Assembly (NCBI GenBank): GCA_964057225.1
Contig: OZ059895.1
Coordinates: 9,858,001-9,922,000 of the forward strand
Length of the DNA: 64,000 nt
From: Auanema rhodensis
Taxonomy: Eukaryota > Animalia > Nematoda
Reading direction: 5' to 3'
The position numbers were made by a program, and so were the translations under genes. Numbering within the stretch: the first letter of the stretch is position 1; every line of letters begins with the position of its first letter. Shown here piece by piece: positions 26,101-42,300 of this stretch. The notes under the pieces were generated by a model. The model was not told the DNA's origin and ran no database searches. It was given only the letters and a program-made list of their open reading frames with translations.

Positions 26101-29100
26101 ACACTATGCAACTATGAAACCTTTTTTAATTTATTGTATTTGGAGCTCATAAGAATTGATATCATTGAGGGATCCAGATGAAACGTGGAAAATTACATAA
26201 CTAACATGAAATTGGAAAAAAAACTATAACGGGGATAAGTATGTTAACGATTGAATATCAGATATTTTCGCTTATCGCTATATCACGTTGAAAGTATGCC
26301 ATACAGCTGATTTTCAATTTTATCTCTTCCGTAACATATGTTTTCAATTTTCAAGCAGTTTCACTTAAATAGCTCAACCAAAGGAGAGCAAATTATCTTC
26401 AATCTTATTTCTATATTACAGTTATAAACCAGTAGTTGTTGAACCTTCATCTTAACTTTACTGTTTCTATCTATTTCCTATCGAAACAAACATTGTTCAA
26501 ACACTATGCAACTATGAAACCTTTGTTAATTTATTGTATTTGGAGCTCATAAAATTTGATATCATTGAGGGATCCAGATGAAACGTGGAAAATAACATAA
26601 CTAACATGGAATTGGAAAAAAAAGTATAACGAGGATAAGTAGGTAAACCATTGAATATCAGATATTTTCGCTCACGACCATACCACGTTGAAAGTACGCC
26701 ATACAGCTGATTTTCAATTTTATCTCTTCCGTAACATATGTTTTCAATTTTCAAGCAGTTTTACTTAAATAGCTCAACCAAAGGAGAGCAAATTATCTTC
26801 AATCTTATTTCTATATTACAGTTATAAACCAGTAGTTGTTGAACCTTATTTCCTATCAAAACAAACATTGTTTAAACACTATACAACTGTGAAACCTTTT
26901 TTAATTTATTGTATTTGGAGCTCATAATATTTGATATCATCGAGGGATCCAGATGGCAGGTGGAAAATTACATAACTAACATGAAATTGGAAAAAAAAGT
27001 ATAACAAGGAGAAGTATGTTAACGATTGAATATCAGATATTTTCGCTTACGACCATACCACGATGAAAGTACGCCATACAGCTGATTTTCAATTTTATCT
27101 CTTCCGTAACATATGTTTTCAGTTTTCAAGCAGTTTTACTTAAATAGCTCAACCAAAGGAGAGCAAATTATCTTCAATCTTATTTCTATATTACAGTTAT
27201 AAACCAGTAGTTGTTGAACCTTCATCTTAACTTTACTGTTTCTATCTATTTCCTATCAAAACAAACATTGTTTAAACACTATACAACTGTGAAACCTTTT
27301 TTAATTTATTGTATTTGGAGCTCATAATATTTGATATCATCGAGGGATCCAGATGGAAGGTGGAAAATTACATAACTAACATGAAATTGGAAAAAAAAGT
27401 ATAACAAGGAGAAGTATGTTAACAATTGAATATCAGATATTTTCGCTTACGACCATACCACGATGAAAATACGCCATACAGCTGATTTTCAATTTTATCT
27501 CTTCCGTAACATATGTTTTCAGTTTTCAAGCAGTTTTACTTAAATAGCTCAACCAAAGGAGAGCAAATTATCTTCAATTTTATTTCTATATTACAGTTAT
27601 AAACCAGTAGGTAATGAAACCTTCATCTTGAATTTACTGTTTCTATCTATTTCCTATCGAAACAAACATTGTTCAAACACTATGCAACTATGAAACCTTT
27701 TTTAATTTATTGTATTTGGAGCTCATAAAATTTGATATCATTGAGGAATCCAGATGAAACGTGGAAAATTACATAACTAACATGAAATTGGAAAAAAAAC
27801 TATAACGGGGATAAGTATGTTAACGATTGAATATCAGATATTTTCGCTTATCGCTATATCACGTTGAAAGTATGCCATACAGCTGATTTTCAATTTTATC
27901 TCTTCCGTAACATATGTTTTCAATTTTCAAGCAGTTTCACTTAAATAGCTCAACCAAAGGAGAGCAAATTATCTTCAATCTTATTTCTATATTACAGTTA
28001 TAAACCAGTAGTTGTTGAACCTTCATCTTAACTTTACTGTTTCTATCTATTTCCTATCGAAACAAACATTGTTCAAACACTATGCAACTATGAAACCTTT
28101 GTTAATTTATTGTATTTGGAGCTCATAAAATTTGATATCATTGAGGGATCCAGATGAAACGTGGAAAATAACATAACTAACATGGAATTGGAAAAAAAAG
28201 TATAACGAGGATAAGTAGGTAAACCATTGAATATCAGATATTTTCGCTCACGACCATACCACGTTGAAAGTACGCCATACAGCTGATTTTCAATTTTATC
28301 TCTTCCGTAACATATGTTTTCAATTTTCAAGCAGTTTTACTTAAATAGCTCAACCAAAGGAGAGCAAATTATCTTCAATCTTATTTCTATATTACAGTTA
28401 TAAACCAGTAGTTGTTGAACCTTATTTCCTATCAAAACAAACATTGTTTAAACACTATACAACTGTGAAACCTTTTTTAATTTATTGTATTTGGAGCTCA
28501 TAATATTTGATATCATCGAGGGATCCAGATGGCAGGTGGAAAATTACATAACTAACATGAAATTGGAAAAAAAAGTATAACAAGGAGAAGTATGTTAACG
28601 ATTGAATATCAGATATTTTCGCTTACGACCATACCACGATGAAAGTACGCCATACAGCTGATTTTCAATTTTATCTCTTCCGTAACATATGTTTTCAGTT
28701 TTCAAGCAGTTTTACTTAAATAGCTCAACCAAAGGAGAGCAAATTATCTTCAATCTTATTTCTATATTACAGTTATAAACCAGTAGTTGTTGAACCTTCA
28801 TCTTAACTTTACTGTTTCTATCTATTTCCTATCAAAACAAACATTGTTTAAACACTATACAACTGTGAAACCTTTTTTAATTTATTGTATTTGGAGCTCA
28901 TAATATTTGATATCATCGAGGGATCCAGATGGAAGGTGGAAAATTACATAACTAACATGAAATTGGAAAAAAAAGTATAACAAGGAGAAGTATGTTAACG
29001 ATTGAATATCAGATATTTTCGCTTACGACCATACCACGATGAAAGTACGCCAGACAGCTGATTTTCAATTTTATCTCTTCCGTAACATATGTTTTCAGTT

Positions 29101-32100
29101 TTCAAGCAGTTTTACTTAAATAGCTCAACCAAAGGAGAGCAAATTATCTTCAATCTTATTTCTATATTACAGTTATAAACCAGTAGTTGTTGAACCTTCA
29201 TCTTAACTTTACTGTTTCTATCTATTTCCTATCGAAACAAACATTGTTCAAACACTATGCAACTATGAAACCTTTTTTAATTTATTGTATTTGGAGCTCA
29301 TAAAATTTGATATCATTGAGGGATCCAGATGAAACGTGGAAAATAACATAACTAACATGGAATTGGAAAAAAAAGTATAACGAGGATAAGTAGGTAAACC
29401 ATTGAATATCAGATATTTTCGCTCACGACCATACCACGTTGAAAGTACGCCATACAGCTGATTTTCAATTTTATCTCTTCCGTAACATATGTTTTCAATT
29501 TTCAAGCAGTTTTACTTAAATAGCTCAACCAAAGGAGAGCAAATTATCTTCAATCTTATTTCTATATTACAGTTATAAACCAGTAGTTGTTGAACCTTAT
29601 TTCCTATCAAAACAAACATTGTTTAAACACTATACAACTGTGAAACCTTTTTTAATTTATTGTATTTGGAGCTCATAATATTTGATATCATCGAGGGATC
29701 CAGATGGCAGGTGGAAAATTACATAACTAACATGAAATTGGAAAAAAAAGTATAACAAGGAGAAGTATGTTAACGATTGAATATCAGATATTTTCGCTTA
29801 CGACCATACCACGATGAAAGTACGCCATACAGCTGATTTTCAATTTTATCTCTTCCGTAACATATGTTTTCAGTTTTCAAGCAGTTTTACTTAAATAGCT
29901 CAACCAAAGGAGAGCAAATTATCTTCAATCTTATTTCTATATTACAGTTATAAACCAGTAGTTGTTGAACCTTCATCTTAACTTTACTGTTTCTATCTAT
30001 TTCCTATCAAAACAAACATTGTTTAAACACTATACAACTGTAAAACCTTTTTTAATTTATTGTATTTGGAGCTCATAATATTTGATATCATCGAGGGATC
30101 CAGATGGAAGGTGGAAAATTACATAACTAACATGAAATTGGAAAAAAAAGTATAACAAGGAGAAGTATGTTAACGATTGAATATCAGATATTTTCGCTTA
30201 CGACCATACCACGATGAAAGTACGCCATACAGCTGATTTTCAATTTTATCTCTTCCGTAACATATGTTTTCAATTTTCAAGCAGTTTCACTTAAATAGCT
30301 CAACCAAAGGAGAGCAAATTATCTTCAATCTTATTTCTATATTACAGTTATAAACCAGTAGTTGTTGAACCTTCATCTTAACTTTACTGTTTCTATCTAT
30401 TTCCTATCGAAACAAACATTGTTCAAACACTATGCAACTATGAAACCTTTTTTAATTTATTGTATTTGGAGCTCATAAAATTTGATATCATTGAGGGATC
30501 CAGATGAAACGTGGAAAATAACATAACTAACATGGAATTGGAAAAAAAAGTATAACGAGGATAAGTAGGTAAACCATTGAATATCAGATATTTTCGCTCA
30601 CGACCATACCACGTTGAAAGTACGCCATACAGCTGATTTTCAATTTTATCTCTTCCGTAACATATGTTTTCAATTTTCAAGCAGTTTTACTTAAATAGCT
30701 CAACCAAAGGAGAGCAAACTATCTTCAATCTTATTTCTATATTACAGTTATAAACCAGTAGTTGTTGAACCTTCATCTTAACTTCACTGTTTCTATCTAT
30801 TTCCTATCAAAACAAACATTGTTTAAACACTATGCAACTATGAAACCTTTTTTAATTTATTGTATTTGGAGCTCATTAGAGTTGATATCATCGAGGGATC
30901 CAGATGGAAGGTGGAAAATTACATAACTAACATGAAATTGGAAAAAAAACTATAACGGGGATAAGTAGGTAAACCATTGAAAATCAGATATTTTCGCTTA
31001 CGACCATACCACGTTGAAAGTACGCCATACAGCTGATTTTCAATTTTATCTCTTCCGTAACATATGTTTTCAAATTTCAAGCAGTTTTACTTAAATAGCT
31101 CAACCAAAGGAGAGCAAATTATCTTCAATCTTATTTCTATATTACAGTTATAAACCAGTAGTTGTTGAACCTTCATCTTAACTTTACTGTTTCTATCTAT
31201 TTCCTATCAAAACAAACATTGTTTAAACACTATGCAACTATGAAACCTTTTTTAATTTATTGTATTTGGAGCTCATAAGAGTTGATATCATCGAGGGATC
31301 CAGATGGAAGGTGGAAAATTACATAACTAACATGAAATTGGAAAAATAACTATAACGGGGATAAGTATGTTAACGATTGAATATCAGATATTTTCGCTTA
31401 CGACCATACCACGTTGAAATTACGCCATACAGCTGATTTTCAATTTTATCTCTTCCGTAACATATGTTTTCAATTTTCAAGCACTTTTACTCAGATAGCT
31501 CAACCAAAGGAAAGCAAATTATCTTCAATTTTATTTCTATATTACAGTTATAAACCAAAAGATAATGAACCTTCATCTTGACTTTAGTGTTTCTATCCAT
31601 TTCCTATCGAAACAAACATTGTTTAAACACTATGCAACTATGAAACATTTTTTAATTTATTATATTTGGAGCTCATAAGAATTGATATCATTGAGGGATC
31701 CAGTTAAAACGTGGAAAATTACATAACTAACATGAAATTGGAAAAAAAACTATAACGGGGATAAGTATGTTAACGATTGAATATCAGATATTTTCGCTTA
31801 TCGCTATATCACGTTGAAAGTATGCCATACAGCTGATTTTCAATTTTATCTCTTCCGTAACATATGTTTTCAATTTTCAAGCAGTTTTACTTAAATAGCT
31901 CAACCAAAGGAGAGCAAATTATCTTCAATCTTATTTCTATATTACAGTTATAAACCAGTAGTTGTTGAACCTTCATCTTAACTTTACTGTTTCTATCTAT
32001 TTCCTATCAAAACAAACATTGTTTAAACACTATGCAACTATGAAACCTTTTTTAATTTATTGTATTTGGAGCTCATAAGAGTTGATATCATCGAGGGATC

Positions 32101-35100
32101 CAGATGGAAGGTGGAAAATTACATAACTAACATGAAATTGGAAAAAAAAGTATAACGAGGATAAGTAGGTAAACCATTGAATATCAGATATTTTCGCTCA
32201 CGACCATACCACGTTGAAAGTACGCCATACAGCTGATTTTCAATTTTATCTCTTCCGTAACATATGTTTTCAATTTTCAAGCAGTTTCACTTAAATAGCT
32301 CAACCAAAGGAGAGCAAATTATCTTCAATCTTATTTCTATATTACAGTTATAAACCAGTAGTTGTTGAACCTTCATCTTAACTTTACTGTTTCTATCTAT
32401 TTCCTATCGAAACAAACATTGTTCAAACACTATGCAACTATGAAACCTTTTTTAATTTATTGTATTTGGAGCTCATAAAATTTGATATCATTGAGGGATC
32501 CAGATGAAACGTGGAAAATTACATAACTAACATGAAATTGGAAAAAAAACTATAACGGGGATAAGTAGGTAAACCATTGAATATCAGATAATTTCGCTTA
32601 CGACCATACCACGTTGAAAGTACGCCATACAGCTGATTTTCAATTTTATCTCTTCCGTAACATATGTTTTCAATTTTCAAGCACTTTTACTCAGATAGCT
32701 CAACCAAAGGAAAGCAAATTATCTTTAATTTTATTTCTATATTACAGTTATAAACCAAAAGATAATGAACCTTCATCTTGACTTTACTGTTTCTATCCAT
32801 TTCCTATCGAAACAAACATTGTTTAAACACTATGCAACTATGAAACCTTTTTTAATTTATTGTATTTGGAGCTCATAAGATTTGATATCATTGAGGGATC
32901 CAGATGAAACGTGAAAAATTACATAACTAACATGAAATTGGAAAAAAAACTATAACGAGGATAAGTAGGTAAACCATTGAATATCAGATATTTTCGCTCA
33001 CGACCATACCACGTTGAAAGTACGCCATACAGCTGATTTTCAATTTTATCTCTTCCGTAACATATGTTTTCAATTTTCAAGCACTTTTACTCAGATAGCT
33101 CAACCAAAGGAAAGCAAATTATCTTTAATTTTATTTCTATATTACAGTTATAAACCAAAAGATAATGAACCTTCATCTTGACTTTACTGTTTCTATCCAT
33201 TTCCTATCGAAACAAACATTGTTCAAACACTATGCAACTATGAAACCTTTTTTAATTTATTGTATTTGGAGCTCATAAAATTTGATATCATTGAGGGATC
33301 CAGATGAAACGTGGAAAATAACATAACTAACATGGAATTGGAAAAAAAAGTATAACGAGGATAAGTAGGTAAACCATTGAATATCAGATATTTTCGCTCA
33401 CGACCATACCACGTTGAAAGTACGCCATACAGCTGATTTTCAATTTTATCTCTTCCGTAACATATGTTTTCAATTTTCAAGCAGTTTTACTTAAATAGCT
33501 CAACCAAAGGAGAGCAAATTATCTTCAATCTTATTTCTATATTACAGTTATAAACCAGTAGTTGTTGAACCTTATTTCCTATCAAAACAAACATTGTTTA
33601 AACACTATACAACTGTGAAACCTTTTTTAATTTATTGTATTTGGAGCTCATAATATTTGATATCATCGAGGGATCCAGATGGCAGGTGGAAAATTACATA
33701 ACTAACATGAAATTGGAAAAAAAAGTATAACAAGGAGAAGTATGTTAACGATTGAATATCAGATATTTTCGCTTACGACCATACCACGATGAAAGTACGC
33801 CATACAGCTGATTTTCAATTTTATCTCTTCCGTAACATATGTTTTCAGTTTTCAAGCAGTTTTACTTAAATAGCTCAACCAAAGGAGAGCAAATTATCTT
33901 CAATCTTATTTCTATATTACAGTTATAAACCAGTAGTTGTTGAACCTTCATCTTAACTTTACTGTTTCTATCTATTTCCTATCAAAACAAACATTGTTTA
34001 AACACTATACAACTGTAAAACCTTTTTTAATTTATTGTATTTGGAGCTCATAATATTTGATATCATCGAGGGATCCAGATGGAAGGTGGAAAATTACATA
34101 ACTAACATGAAATTGGAAAAAAAAGTATAACAAGGAGAAGTATGTTAACGATTGAATATCAGATATTTTCGCTTACGACCATACCACGATGAAAGTACGC
34201 CATACAGCTGATTTTCAATTTTATCTCTTCCGTAACATATGTTTTCAATTTTCAAGCAGTTTCACTTAAATAGCTCAACCAAAGGAGAGCAAATTATCTT
34301 CAATCTTATTTCTATATTACAGTTATAAACCAGTAGTTGTTGAACCTTCATCTTAACTTTACTGTTTCTATCTATTTCCTATCGAAACAAACATTGTTCA
34401 AACACTATGCAACTATGAAACCTTTTTTAATTTATTGTATTTGGAGCTCATAAAATTTGATATCATTGAGGGATCCAGATGAAACGTGGAAAATAACATA
34501 ACTAACATGGAATTGGAAAAAAAAGTATAACGAGGATAAGTAGGTAAACCATTGAATATCAGATATTTTCGCTCACGACCATACCACGTTGAAAGTACGC
34601 CATACAGCTGATTTTCAATTTTATCTCTTCCGTAACATATGTTTTCAATTTTCAAGCAGTTTTACTTAAATAGCTCAACCAAAGGAGAGCAAACTATCTT
34701 CAATCTTATTTCTATATTACAGTTATAAACCAGTAGTTGTTGAACCTTCATCTTAACTTCACTGTTTCTATCTATTTCCTATCAAAACAAACATTGTTTA
34801 AACACTATGCAACTATGAAACCTTTTCTAATTTATTGTATTTGGAGCTCATTAGAGTTGATATCATCGAGGGATCCAGATGGAAGGTGGAAAATTACATA
34901 ACTAACATGAAATTGGAAAAAAAACTATAACGGGGATAAGTAGGTAAACCATTGAAAATCAGATATTTTCGCTTACGACCATACCACGTTGAAAGTACGC
35001 CATACAGCTGATTTTCAATTTTATCTCTTCCGTAACATATGTTTTCAAATTTCAAGCAGTTTTACTTAAATAGCTCAACCAAAGGAGAGCAAATTATCTT

Positions 35101-36363
35101 CAATCTTATTTCTATATTACAGTTATAAACCAGTAGTTGTTGAACCTTCATCTTAACTTTACTGTTTCTATCTATTTCCTATCAAAACAAACATTGTTTA
35201 AACACTATGCAACTATGAAACCTTTTTTAATTTATTGTATTTGGAGCTCATAAGAGTTGATATCATCGAGGGATCCAGATGGAAGGTGGAAAATTACATA
35301 ACTAACATGAAATTGGAAAAATAACTATAACGGGGATAAGTATGTTAACGATTGAATATCAGATATTTTCGCTTATCGCTATATCACGTTGAAAGTATGC
35401 CATACAGCTGATTTTCAATTTTATCTCTTCCGTAACATATGTTTTCAATTTTCAAGCAGTTTTACTTAAATAGCTCAACCAAAGGAGAGCAAATTATCTT
35501 CAATCTTATTTCTATATTACAGTTATAAACCAGTAGTTGTTGAACCTTCATCTTAACTTTACTGTTTCTATCTATTTCCTATCAAAACAAACATTGTTTA
35601 AACACTATGCAACTATGAAACCTTTTTTAATTTATTGTATTTGGAGCTCATAAGAGTTGATATCATCGAGGGATCCAGATGGAAGGTGGAAAATTACATA
35701 ACTAACATGAAATTGGAAAAAAAAGTATAACGAGGATAAGTAGGTAAACCATTGAATATCAGATATTTTCGCTCACGACCATACCACGTTGAAAGTACGC
35801 CATACAGCTGATTTTCAATTTTATCTCTTCCGTAACATATGTTTTCAATTTTCAAGCAGTTTCACTTAAATAGCTCAACCAAAGGAGAGCAAATTATCTT
35901 CAATCTTATTTCTATATTACAGTTATAAACCAGTAGTTGTTGAACCTTCATCTTAACTTTACTGTTTCTATCTATTTCCTATCGAAACAAACATTGTTCA
36001 AACACTATGCAACTATGAAACCTTTTTTAATTTATTGTATTTGGAGCTCATAAAATTTGATATCATTGAGGGATCCAGATGAAACGTGGAAAATTACATA
36101 ACTAACATGAAATTGGAAAAAAAACTATAACGGGGATAAGTAGGTAAACCATTGAATATCAGATAATTTCGCTTACGACCATACCACGTTGAAAGTACGC
36201 CATACAGCTGATTTTCAATTTTATCTCTTCCGTAACATATGTTTTCAATTTTCAAGCACTTTTACTCAGATAGCTCAACCAAAGGAAAGCAAATTATCTT
36301 CAATTTTATTTCTATATTACAGTTATAAACCAAAAGATAATGAACCTTCATCTTGACTTTAGT

Positions 36364-39300
36364 GTTTCTATCCATTTCCTATCGAAACAAACATTGTTTA
36401 AACACTATGCAACTATGAAACATTTTTTAATTTATTATATTTGGAGCTCATAAGAATTGATATCATTGAGGGATCCAGATAAAACGTGGAAAATTACATA
36501 ACTAACATGAAATTGGAAAAAAAACTATAACGGGGATAAGTATGTTAACGATTGAATATCAGATATTTTCGCTTATCGCTATATCACGTTGAAAGTATGC
36601 CATACAGCTGATTTTCAATTTTATCTCTTCCGTAACATATGTTTTCAATTTTCAAGCAGTTTTACTTAAATAGCTCAACCAAAGGAGAGCAAATTATCTT
36701 CAATCTTATTTCTATATTACAGTTATAAACCAGTAGTTGTTGAACCTTCATCTTAACTTTACTGTTTCTATCTATTTCCTATCAAAACAAACATTGTTTA
36801 AACACTATGCAACTATGAAACCTTTTTTAATTTATTGTATTTGGAGCTCATAAGAGTTGATATCATCGAGGGATCCAGATGGAAGGTGGAAAATTACATA
36901 ACTAACATGAAATTGGAAAAAAAAGTATAACGAGGATAAGTAGGTAAACCATTGAATATCAGATATTTTCGCTCACGACCATACCACGTTGAAAGTACGC
37001 CATACAGCTGATTTTCAATTTTATCTCTTCCGTAACATATGTTTTCAATTTTCAAGCAGTTTCACTTAAATAGCTCAACCAAAGGAGAGCAAATTATCTT
37101 CAATCTTATTTCTATATTACAGTTATAAACCAGTAGTTGTTGAACCTTCATCTTAACTTTACTGTTTCTATCTATTTCCTATCGAAACAAACATTGTTCA
37201 AACACTATGCAACTATGAAACCTTTTTTAATTTATTGTATTTGGAGCTCATAAAATTTGATATCATTGAGGGATCCAGATGAAACGTGGAAAATTACATA
37301 ACTAACATGAAATTGGAAAAAAAACTATAACGGGGATAAGTAGGTAAACCATTGAATATCAGATAATTTCGCTTACGACCATACCACGTTGAAAGTACGC
37401 CATACAGCTGATTTTCAATTTTATCTCTTCCGTAACATATGTTTTCAATTTTCAAGCACTTTTACTCAGATAGCTCAACCAAAGGAAAGCAAATTATCTT
37501 TAATTTTATTTCTATATTACAGTTATAAACCAAAAGATAATGAACCTTCATCTTGACTTTACTGTTTCTATCCATTTCCTATCGAAACAAACATTGTTTA
37601 AACACTATGCAACTATGAAACCTTTTTTAATTTATTGTATTTGGAGCTCATAAGATTTGATATCATCGAGGGATCCAGATGGAAGGTGGAAAATTACATA
37701 ACTAACATGAAATTGGAAAAAAAACTATAACGGGGATAAGTAGGTAAACCATTGAAAATCAGATATTTTCGCTTACGACCATACCACGTTGAAAGTACGC
37801 CATACAGCTGATTTTCAATTTTATCTCTTCCGTAACATATGTTTTCAAATTTCAAGCAGTTTTACTTAAATAGCTCAACCAAAGGAGAGCAAATTATCTT
37901 CAATCTTATTTCTATATTACAGTTATAAACCAGTAGTTGTTGAACCTTCATCTTAACTTTACTGTTTCTATCTATTTCCTATCAAAACAAACATTGTTTA
38001 AACACTATGCAACTATGAAACCTTTTTTAATTTATTGTATTTGGAGCTCATAAGAGTTGATATCATCGAGGGATCCAGATGGAAGGTGGAAAATTACATA
38101 ACTAACATGAAATTGGAAAAATAACTATAACGGGGATAAGTATGTTAACGATTGAATATCAGATATTTTCGCTTATCGCTATATCACGTTGAAAGTATGC
38201 CATACAGCTGATTTTCAATTTTATCTCTTCCGTAACATATGTTTTCAATTTTCAAGCAGTTTTACTTAAATAGCTCAACCAAAGGAGAGCAAATTATCTT
38301 CAATCTTATTTCTATATTACAGTTATAAACCAGTAGTTGTTGAACCTTCATCTTAACTTTACTGTTTCTATCTATTTCCTATCAAAACAAACATTGTTTA
38401 AACACTATGCAACTATGAAACCTTTTTTAATTTATTGTATTTGGAGCTCATAAGAGTTGATATCATCGAGGGATCCAGATGGAAGGTGGAAAATTACATA
38501 ACTAACATGAAATTGGAAAAATAACTATAACGGGGATAAGTATGTTAACGATTGAATATCAGATATTTTCGCTTACGACCATACCACGTTGAAATTACGC
38601 CATACAGCTGATTTTCAATTTTATCTCTTCCGTAACATATGTTTTCAATTTTCAAGCACTTTTACTCAGATAGCTCAACCAAAGGAAAGCAAATTATCTT
38701 CAATTTTATTTCTATATTACAGTTATAAACCAAAAGATAATGAACCTTCATCTTGACTTTAGTGTTTCTATCCATTTCCTATCGAAACAAACATTGTTTA
38801 AACACTATGCAACTATGAAACATTTTTTAATTTATTATATTTGGAGCTCATAAGAATTGATATCATTGAGGGATCCAGATAAAACGTGGAAAATTACATA
38901 ACTAACATGAAATTGGAAAAAAAACTATAACGGGGATAAGTATGTTAACGATTGAATATCAGATATTTTCGCTTATCGCTATATCACGTTGAAAGTATGC
39001 CATACAGCTGATTTTCAATTTTATCTCTTCCGTAACATATGTTTTCAATTTTCAAGCAGTTTTACTTAAATAGCTCAACCAAAGGAGAGCAAATTATCTT
39101 CAATCTTATTTCTATATTACAGTTATAAACCAGTAGTTGTTGAACCTTCATCTTAACTTTACTGTTTCTATCTATTTCCTATCAAAACAAACATTGTTTA
39201 AACACTATGCAACTATGAAACCTTTTTTAATTTATTGTATTAGGAGCTCATAAGAGTTGATATCATCGAGGGATCCAGATGGAAGGTGGAAAATTACATA

Positions 39301-42300
39301 ACTAACATGAAATTGGAAAAAAAAGTATAACGAGGATAAGTAGGTAAACCATTGAATATCAGATATTTTCGCTCACGACCATACCACGTTGAAAGTACGC
39401 CATACAGCTGATTTTCAATTTTATCTCTTCCGTAACATATGTTTTCAATTTTCAAGCAGTTTCACTTAAATAGCTCAACCAAAGGAGAGCAAATTATCTT
39501 CAATCTTATTTCTATATTACAGTTATAAACCAGTAGTTGTTGAACCTTCATCTTAACTTTACTGTTTCTATCTATTTCCTATCGAAACAAACATTGTTCA
39601 AACACTATGCAACTATGAAACCTTTTTTAATTTATTGTATTTGGAGCTCATAAAATTTGATATCATTGAGGGATCCAGATGAAACGTGGAAAATTACATA
39701 ACTAACATGAAATTGGAAAAAAAACTATAACGGGGATAAGTAGGTAAACCATTGAATATCAGATAATTTCGCTTACGACCATACCACGTTGAAAGTACGC
39801 CATACAGCTGATTTTCAATTTTATCTCTTCCGTAACATATGTTTTCAATTTTCAAGCACTTTTACTCAGATAGCTCAACCAAAGGAAAGCAAATTATCTT
39901 TAATTTTATTTCTATATTACAGTTATAAACCAAAAGATAATGAACCTTCATCTTGACTTTACTGTTTCTATCCATTTCCTATCGAAACAAACATTGTTTA
40001 AACACTATGCAACTATGAAACATTTTTTAATTTATTATATTTGGAGCTCATAAGAATTGATATCATTGAGGGATCCAGATAAAACGTGGAAAATTACATA
40101 ACTAACATGAAATTGGAAAAAAAACTATAACGGGGATAAGTATGTTAACGATTGAATATCAGATATTTTCGCTTATCGCTATATCACGTTGAAAGTATGC
40201 CATACAGCTGATTTTCAATTTTATCTCTTCCGTAACATATGTTTTCAATTTTCAAGCAGTTTTACTTAAATAGCTCAACCAAAGGAGAGCAAATTATCTT
40301 CAATCTTATTTCTATATTACAGTTATAAACCAGTAGTTGTTGAACCTTCATCTTAACTTTACTGTTTCTATCTATTTCCTATCAAAACAAACATTGTTTA
40401 AACACTATGCAACTATGAAACCTTTTTTAATTTATTGTATTTGGAGCTCATAAGAGTTGATATCATCGAGGGATCCAGATGGAAGGTGGAAAATTACATA
40501 ACTAACATGAAATTGGAAAAAAAAGTATAACGAGGATAAGTAGGTAAACCATTGAATATCAGATATTTTCGCTCACGACCATACCACGTTGAAAGTACGC
40601 CATACAGCTGATTTTCAATTTTATCTCTTCCGTAACATATGTTTTCAATTTTCAAGCAGTTTCACTTAAATAGCTCAACCAAAGGAGAGCAAATTATCTT
40701 CAATCTTATTTCTATATTACAGTTATAAACCAGTAGTTGTTGAACCTTCATCTTAACTTTACTGTTTCTATCTATTTCCTATCGAAACAAACATTGTTCA
40801 AACACTATGCAACTATGAAACCTTTTTTAATTTATTGTATTTGGAGCTCATAAAATTTGATATCATTGAGGGATCCAGATGAAACGTGGAAAATTACATA
40901 ACTAACATGAAATTGGAAAAAAAACTATAACGGGGATAAGTAGGTAAACCATTGAATATCAGATAATTTCGCTTACGACCATACCACGTTGAAAGTACGC
41001 CATACAGCTGATTTTCAATTTTATCTCTTCCGTAACATATGTTTTCAATTTTCAAGCACTTTTACTCAGATAGCTCAACCAAAGGAAAGCAAATTATCTT
41101 TAATTTTATTTCTATATTACAGTTATAAACCAAAAGATAATGAACCTTCATCTTGACTTTACTGTTTCTATCCATTTCCTATCGAAACAAACATTGTTTA
41201 AACACTATGCAACTATGAAACCTTTTTTAATTTATTGTATTTGGAGCTCATAAGATTTGATATCATCGAGGGATCCAGATGGAAGGTGGAAAATTACATA
41301 ACTAACATGAAATTGGAAAAAAAACTATAACGGGGATAAGTAGGTAAACCATTGAAAATCAGATATTTTCGCTTACGACCATACCACGTTGAAAGTACGC
41401 CATACAGCTGATTTTCAATTTTATCTCTTCCGTAACATATGTTTTCAAATTTCAAGCAGTTTTACTTAAATAGCTCAACCAAAGGAGAGCAAATTATCTT
41501 CAATCTTATTTCTATATTACAGTTATAAACCAGTAGTTGTTGAACCTTCATCTTAACTTTACTGTTTCTATCTATTTCCTATCAAAACAAACATTGTTTA
41601 AACACTATGCAACTATGAAACCTTTTTTAATTTATTGTATTTGGAGCTCATAAGAGTTGATATCATCGAGGGATCCAGATGGAAGGTGGAAAATTACATA
41701 ACTAACATGAAATTGGAAAAATAACTATAACGGGGATAAGTATGTTAACGATTGAATATCAGATATTTTCGCTTATCGCTATATCACGTTGAAAGTATGC
41801 CATACAGCTGATTTTCAATTTTATCTCTTCCGTAACATATGTTTTCAATTTTCAAGCAGTTTTACTTAAATAGCTCAACCAAAGGAGAGCAAATTATCTT
41901 CAATCTTATTTCTATATTACAGTTATAAACCAGTAGTTGTTGAACCTTCATCTTAACTTTACTGTTTCTATCTATTTCCTATCAAAACAAACATTGTTTA
42001 AACACTATGCAACTATGAAACCTTTTTTAATTTATTGTATTTGGAGCTCATAAGAGTTGATATCATCGAGGGATCCAGATGGAAGGTGGAAAATTACATA
42101 ACTAACATGAAATTGGAAAAATAACTATAACGGGGATAAGTATGTTAACGATTGAATATCAGATATTTTCGCTTACGACCATACCACGTTGAAATTACGC
42201 CATACAGCTGATTTTCAATTTTATCTCTTCCGTAACATATGTTTTCAATTTTCAAGCACTTTTACTCAGATAGCTCAACCAAAGGAAAGCAAATTATCTT

